Part shown: piece by piece, positions 59,261 through 64,000 of the stretch
Position numbering within the stretch: the first letter of the stretch is position 1
How the letters are laid out: each line of letters opens with the position of its first letter
DNA from: the human T2T-CHM13v2.0 reference genome, Homo sapiens
DNA length: 64,000 bases
Direction: 5' to 3' (one strand)
NCBI RefSeq assembly: GCF_009914755.1
Contig: NC_060928.1
Made by a program: the position numbers and the translations under genes
Notes under the pieces: model-generated
Databases searched by the model: none
What the model saw: only the letters and a program-made list of their open reading frames with translations
What the model was told of the DNA's origin: nothing

Positions 59261-59312
59261 AAAACAAAACAAAACAAAACAAAAAACAAAAACAAAAACA
59301 AAAAAACAGAAC
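59261..59312. repeat. (AAAAC)n simple repeat
   Basis: Read directly from sequence. Confidence 0.92.
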
Positions 59313-59500
59313 AAGAACCAAACTTGGCCAAGAATCAGAACTAGAAATGAAAACACGGAGTCAAAGAAAATGAGTAAAAGAAACATGGACAGAAAATGTA
59401 ATACTCTACTGCCTATAAGGATTCACACCAGAGACCTAAAAAAAAGAAAAAATAATAATGTGCCTATAGCTAAAGAATTCATAAGTTTTACTTGTAATGC

Positions 59501-59950
59501 TGCCAGGTCCAACCCGCAGACCCTGGCTGAAAAACGGATGAACAAATGCCCTCCGACACGGATATCCAGTGAAAGAATGGACTAGGGGACCGGGCTGCCC
59601 ACAGACACCGAGAAGGTTGCTGTAAAGAGTCAGCAGCCATGGCCCTAACCAGATGGCTCTGCGGGTATTTATTCAGTATAGATTTAATGACAAAGGCCTT
59701 GAGTCAACACACTTGTAGGTAATTGCACGCGGATGATTAAAGGCCAGGTTTCTGGAGACATGAGTAAACAAGCTATTCAGATAAACTCCCCTGCATTCTT
59801 TTGTACTTACCTCTTGCCCTGTGCCCCCGGGTAAGAACCACCACCTTAGGCTCATTCTTCCAGAAGCTTTGCAACCCCATCCCCACCCAGCCTTCCAAGA
59901 AGGTTTGTTTTTCCTACAATTTCTCCCACTACCCTGACAGATCTCCTGGC
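59501..59950 (-). mobile_element. LTR22 (HERV-K22/HML-5) solo LTR
   Basis: Minus strand reads AGGAGATCTGTCAGGGTAGTGGGAGAAATTGTAGGAAAAACAAACCTTCTTGGAAGGC ... GGTTGGACCTGGCA. Confidence 0.85.
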
Positions 59951-60174
59951 TGTGCCAAAAAAGTCCTTGGTCATCTTGGTGAGACTTTTAAAACTGCAGG
60001 AGGTTAATTTTCAAAAATTTAAAAGTATGGCAATTATGAAAAGCTCAATCAAATTTGTATCACAGGTTTATTTGATTCAATAATCATGTGATGGAAACAG
60101 TATGATAGTAAACTGGTTCTAACTGCATTTTAGAACAGAAGCAAAGCATATGTATAGTCCACAAGAAAGGTTTT

Positions 60175-61285
60175 AATAGCCTGTCACCTGGGCTTTCCAT
60201 GACCAGCATGCATCCTCTCATTTGTTTTCCACAATGCAGCCAAAGTAATTTTTTAAATTAAAAATGTATTAATTTACTCTGCATAATTGTCACTTAAAAC
60301 TCACATTCAGTGCCTTTCTTAATGCGGCCTACAAGATGGTATAACCTTTGTGACTTGCCTGCTTGCCTCATTTGAACTTAAAACACTTTCTCACATTCTC
60401 CCTTGATGTGCACTTCAGCTTTCGGACTTCAAATTTTTCACGCGTTTTTTTCCTATGCAATATTCCATCCAAGAATATAGGGCCTTTCCTTTGTAGGGGC
60501 AAGGGTTCTGCCCTTACCTTCCTTTTGACAGAGCAGGAGCATTGAACCATCATCTCGGACAAACACCGCCTCTTTAAGTTCCAGTTCCCTTTTTAGCCTC
60601 AGGCATTTCAAGGAAATCACTTCTCTTTTAACTACAAGCAGCCACACAGCCAGAAACAGCTGACAGTAAAACACAGATAAGACAGCTCAGGCACAGAGAG
60701 AGGGGGGGAGAATGTCTCTTGGTTAACTGCCAAACTTCACCCTCATACAATGGGCCCCAGTAAAACAGTGGGCCTTAATAAGCACATTCCTTTCCATTCA
60801 CGTGCACTAACATAAGGAAGCTAAGAGCAGACTTGGGGGATATGCCTGCTGCTGCAGAAATATGAATGGGAAGAGACACACAACTCTCCCTCCCAGATAA
60901 GCACAACAAAAAGACACAGAAGCAGTACCACCGTCTGATAAACTATTCCACCCTGAATCCTCAAAATTTTAGGCTGTAAGAGAGTGTGCCTCTGACCAAA
61001 CTCGGCCAGAAGCCACTCTCAGGTGTATTTCTCTAAAATAAACTTGTCCTTGACTGTTGAGCCACCTTTCATGTTTCTTTTCTCTTTCCTTAATTCTTAC
61101 ATTTTTCACCCATCTAAATTCTAATTACCCTTTGTAATGTAATTCAGTAGTAATTCCCTCAGAATATTTTTCCTTGCTTCACAGTCTAAATCAGATTTTT
61201 CACCATGTTTCTAAAGTAAATACCCTTGTGATTTTATTCCTTTCCTATGGAATTGCCTTCTCAATTTCAATTATACATTCATTAG
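60175..61285 (+). mobile_element. L2 fragments, split by LTR26
   Basis: TTCCACAATGCAGCCAAAGTAATTTTTTAAA; GGCCTACAAGATGGTATAACC; CCCTCAGAATATTTTTCCTTG. Confidence 0.6.
60526..61101 (+). mobile_element. LTR26-like ERV1 solo LTR
   Basis: TGACAGAGCAGGAGCAT...GGACAAACACCGCC...CATTTCAAGGAAATCACTTCTC start; AATAAA at ~61037; TTAATTCTTACA end. TSD CTTT/TTTT. Confidence 0.82.
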
Positions 61286-61287
61286 CA

Positions 61288-63073
61288 AGCTATAATAGAC
61301 TGTATATTTGTGTCCCCCACAAATTCATAAGTTGAAACCCAAACCTCTAATAAGATGGTATCAGGAAATGGCACTGTCTCCGTAATTGGTGGGTTCTTGG
61401 TCTCACTGACTTCAAGAATGAAGTCGCAGACCCTCGCGATGAGTGTTACAGTTCTTAAAGGTGATGTGTCCAGAGCTTGTTCCTTCTGATGTTCGGACAT
61501 GTTCAGAGTTTCTTCCTTCTGGTGGGTTTGTGGTCTTGCTGGCTTCAGGAGTGAAGCTGCAGACCTTCACGGTGAGTGTTACAGCTCTTAAGACCGTTTG
61601 TCTGGAGTTGTTCGTTCCTCCCGTCCGGAGTTGTTCATTCCTCCCACTGGGTTCGTGGTCTCGCTGGCCTCAGGAGTGAAGCTGCAGACCTTCGCGGTGA
61701 GTGTTACAGCTCATAAAGGTAGTGTGGACCCAAAGAGTGAGTAGCAGCAAGATTTATTGCAAAGAGCGAAAGAATAAAGCTTCCACAATGTGGAAGGGGA
61801 CCCAAGTGGGTTGCCACTGCTGGGTCAGGCAGCCTGTTTCTATTCCCTTATCTGGCCCACCCTCATCCTGCTGATTGGTCCATTTTACAGAGAACTGATT
61901 GGTCTGTTTTACAGAGAGCTGATTGGTCCATTTTGACATGGTGCTGATTGGTGCATTTACAATCCCTGAGCTAGATACAAAAGTTCTCTAAGTCCCCACT
62001 AGATTAGCTAGGCACAGAGCACTGATTGGTGCATTCACAAACCCTGAGCTAGACACAGGGTGCTGATTGGTGCATTTACAAACCTTGAGCTAGACACAGG
62101 GTGCTGATTGGTGTATTTATAATCCCTTAGCTAGACATAAAGGTTCTCCAAGTCCCCACTAGACTCAGGCAGGAGCCCAGCTGACTTCACCCAGTGGATC
62201 CTGCACCGGGGCCGCAGGTGGAGCTGCCCGCCAGTCCCGTGCCATGTGCCCACAGTCCTCAGCCCTTGGGCGGTCAATGGGACCAGGCGCCATGGAGCAG
62301 GGCGCGGCGCTCATCAGGGAGGCTTGGGCTGTGCAGGAGCCCATGGCGATGGGGAGGTTCAGGCATGGCGGGCTGCAGGTCCCGAGTCCTGCCCCGTGGG
62401 GAGGCAGCTGAGGCCTGGCGAGAATTCGAGCACAGTGCCAGTGGGCTGGCATGGCTGGGGGACCTGGTGCACCCTCCACAACTGCTGGCCTGGGTGCTAA
62501 GCCTCTCACTGCCCAGGGCCAGTGGCTACCGGCCAACCGCTCCAAGTGCAGGGCCCGCTGAGTCCACGCCCACCCGGAACCCACGCTGGCCCGAAAGTGC
62601 CGTGCTCAGCCCCGGTTCCCGCCCATGCTTCTCCTTTCACACCTCCCTGCAAGCTGAGGGAGCCAGCTCTGGCCTCGGCCAGCCCAGAAAGGGGCTCCCA
62701 CAGTGCAGCAGCAGGCTGAAGGGCTCCTCAAGCACGGCCTGAGTAGGTGCCGAGGCAGAGGAGGCACCGAGAGCAAGCGAGGGCTGCCAGCATGCTGTCA
62801 CTTCTCAGCACCTTTGGCAGAAAATTAGGTTTACATGAGACCACTAGGATGTAGCCTCCCTAATGGGATTAGTATACAAAAGAGAGACCAGAGATCTCTC
62901 TCCATGTGAGGCTAACACAAGATGGTGTAAGTCTGAATGAGACCCTCCCAGACACCCACCAACACCTTGAAATTTGTCTTCTCAGCCTTCAGAACTGTGT
63001 AGAATTAATATCTGTTGTTTAAGTCACCCAGTTTATAGTATTTATGTTATAACAGTTCGAATTGAGTAAAACA
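61288..63073 (+). mobile_element. MLT1A-like MaLR LTR, interrupted by LTR12
   Basis: TTTGTGTCCCCCACAAATTCATAAGTTGAAACC...GGCAC|CTTTGG; CAGCCTTCAGAACTGTG; TGTTGTTTAAGTCACCCAGTTTATAGTATTT. Confidence 0.85.
61375..62807 (-). mobile_element. LTR12 (ERV9) solo LTR with duplicated U5 block
   Basis: TGTCTCCGTAATTGGTGGG ... GCTGTCACTTCTCA. 4-bp TSD GCAC (61371-61374 / 62808-62811). Seven CTGATTGG copies. Confidence 0.97.
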
Positions 63074-63130
63074 CAAGCATACTTGATGAATGTGAGTAGA
63101 AGCAGGTACCTTATATATTTAAAATTTCAC

Positions 63131-63426
63131 TTTTTGGTTTGTCTGTTTTTGAGACTCTCACTCTGTTGCCCATGGTGGAGTGCAGTGGCACAATCTCTGC
63201 TCATTGCACCTCCATCTCCCGGGTTCAAGTGATTCTCCTGCCTCAGCCTCCCGATTAGCAGGCATTACAGGTGTGTGCAACCACACTTGGCTAATTTTTG
63301 TATTTTTAGTAGAGACAAGGTTTCGGCATGTTGACAAGGCTGGTCTCAACTCCTGACCTCAGGTGATCCACCCACCTTGGCCTACCTTATTGCTAGGATT
63401 ACAGGGGTGAGCCAGTGTGCCCATCC
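63131..63426 (-). mobile_element. AluSx-like SINE
   Basis: Dimer with CTCCTGACCTCAGGTGATCCACCCACC; degenerate TSD TAAAATTTCAC / TAAATTTTCAT. Confidence 0.94.
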
Positions 63427-64000
63427 TAAATTTTCATATTTAATACCATGTCTGACATATAGTATGAACTCAGTATAAATTCTAATTAATTAATAACTCA
63501 ATGAATTCAAGATAGACTCCATTTTTTATTGTTATAGTAAATATAACTAAAAATCAAAATTTGTATGCCAGCATTTTATGTTTAAGTTATAACAAATAAC
63601 ACTCAAGATTATATCAGATGCAGGATAAATTATGACAGATTAATATTTTGAATGATTTAAATTTAAATGTGAAATTCATAAATGTGAAATTATTTTCCTT
63701 TAGTAGAACAACTCAGTTCTTATTAGATTTAGTTTTGTAAAAAATTAATCCTCCTGTATGTTTTCTTACAACAAACCTTGTGCAATAAAAATAAATAAAT
63801 TACATACATCAATTTGTAACTCAACCTTAGGTTTGTGATAAACTTATTTAAATGCCAACTTAATTCATTTTCCTATTGAATCTAATGTATGTGATATTGC
63901 ATGCCCTTCTTTCATGTTCTGAAACAATAAGTCATATTTTATGTTTTAAAATTAAATACATACATATTTATCAATATTTATATGTATCAATATAAAGCAA

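Overview
AT-rich, repeat-dominated primate (human or great-ape type) non-coding DNA. I find no credible host protein-coding exon, RNA gene, CRISPR array or prokaryotic system. The longer ORFs I could assign are translations of Alu, L1, ERVL or LTR sequence, and the rest look like chance ORFs. Main contents: a decayed ERVL pro-pol fragment (1-1930); a ~5.9 kb L1PB on the minus strand split by an LTR12 solo LTR; three independent LTR12/ERV9 solo LTRs (4931-6205 +, 41150-42582 -, 61375-62807 -); many other solo LTRs (THE1 x3, MLT1 x4, MLT2A, MER4, MER11, MER52, LTR22, LTR26, LTR41-like); nine near-full Alus, most with readable target-site duplications (TSDs); DNA transposons (MER1A, MER63, MER2); and old L1M/L2/MIR fragments. 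The most notable points are a young, 5'-inverted L1PA2/L1HS-like insertion with a large junction deletion and a possible micro 3' transduction, the LTR12 cluster with near-identical target sites, and a perfect DUX4 motif in a THE1 element. I do not see a new biological system here. Family and subfamily names come from recalled consensus sequences rather than a search, and boundaries of old elements are approximate.
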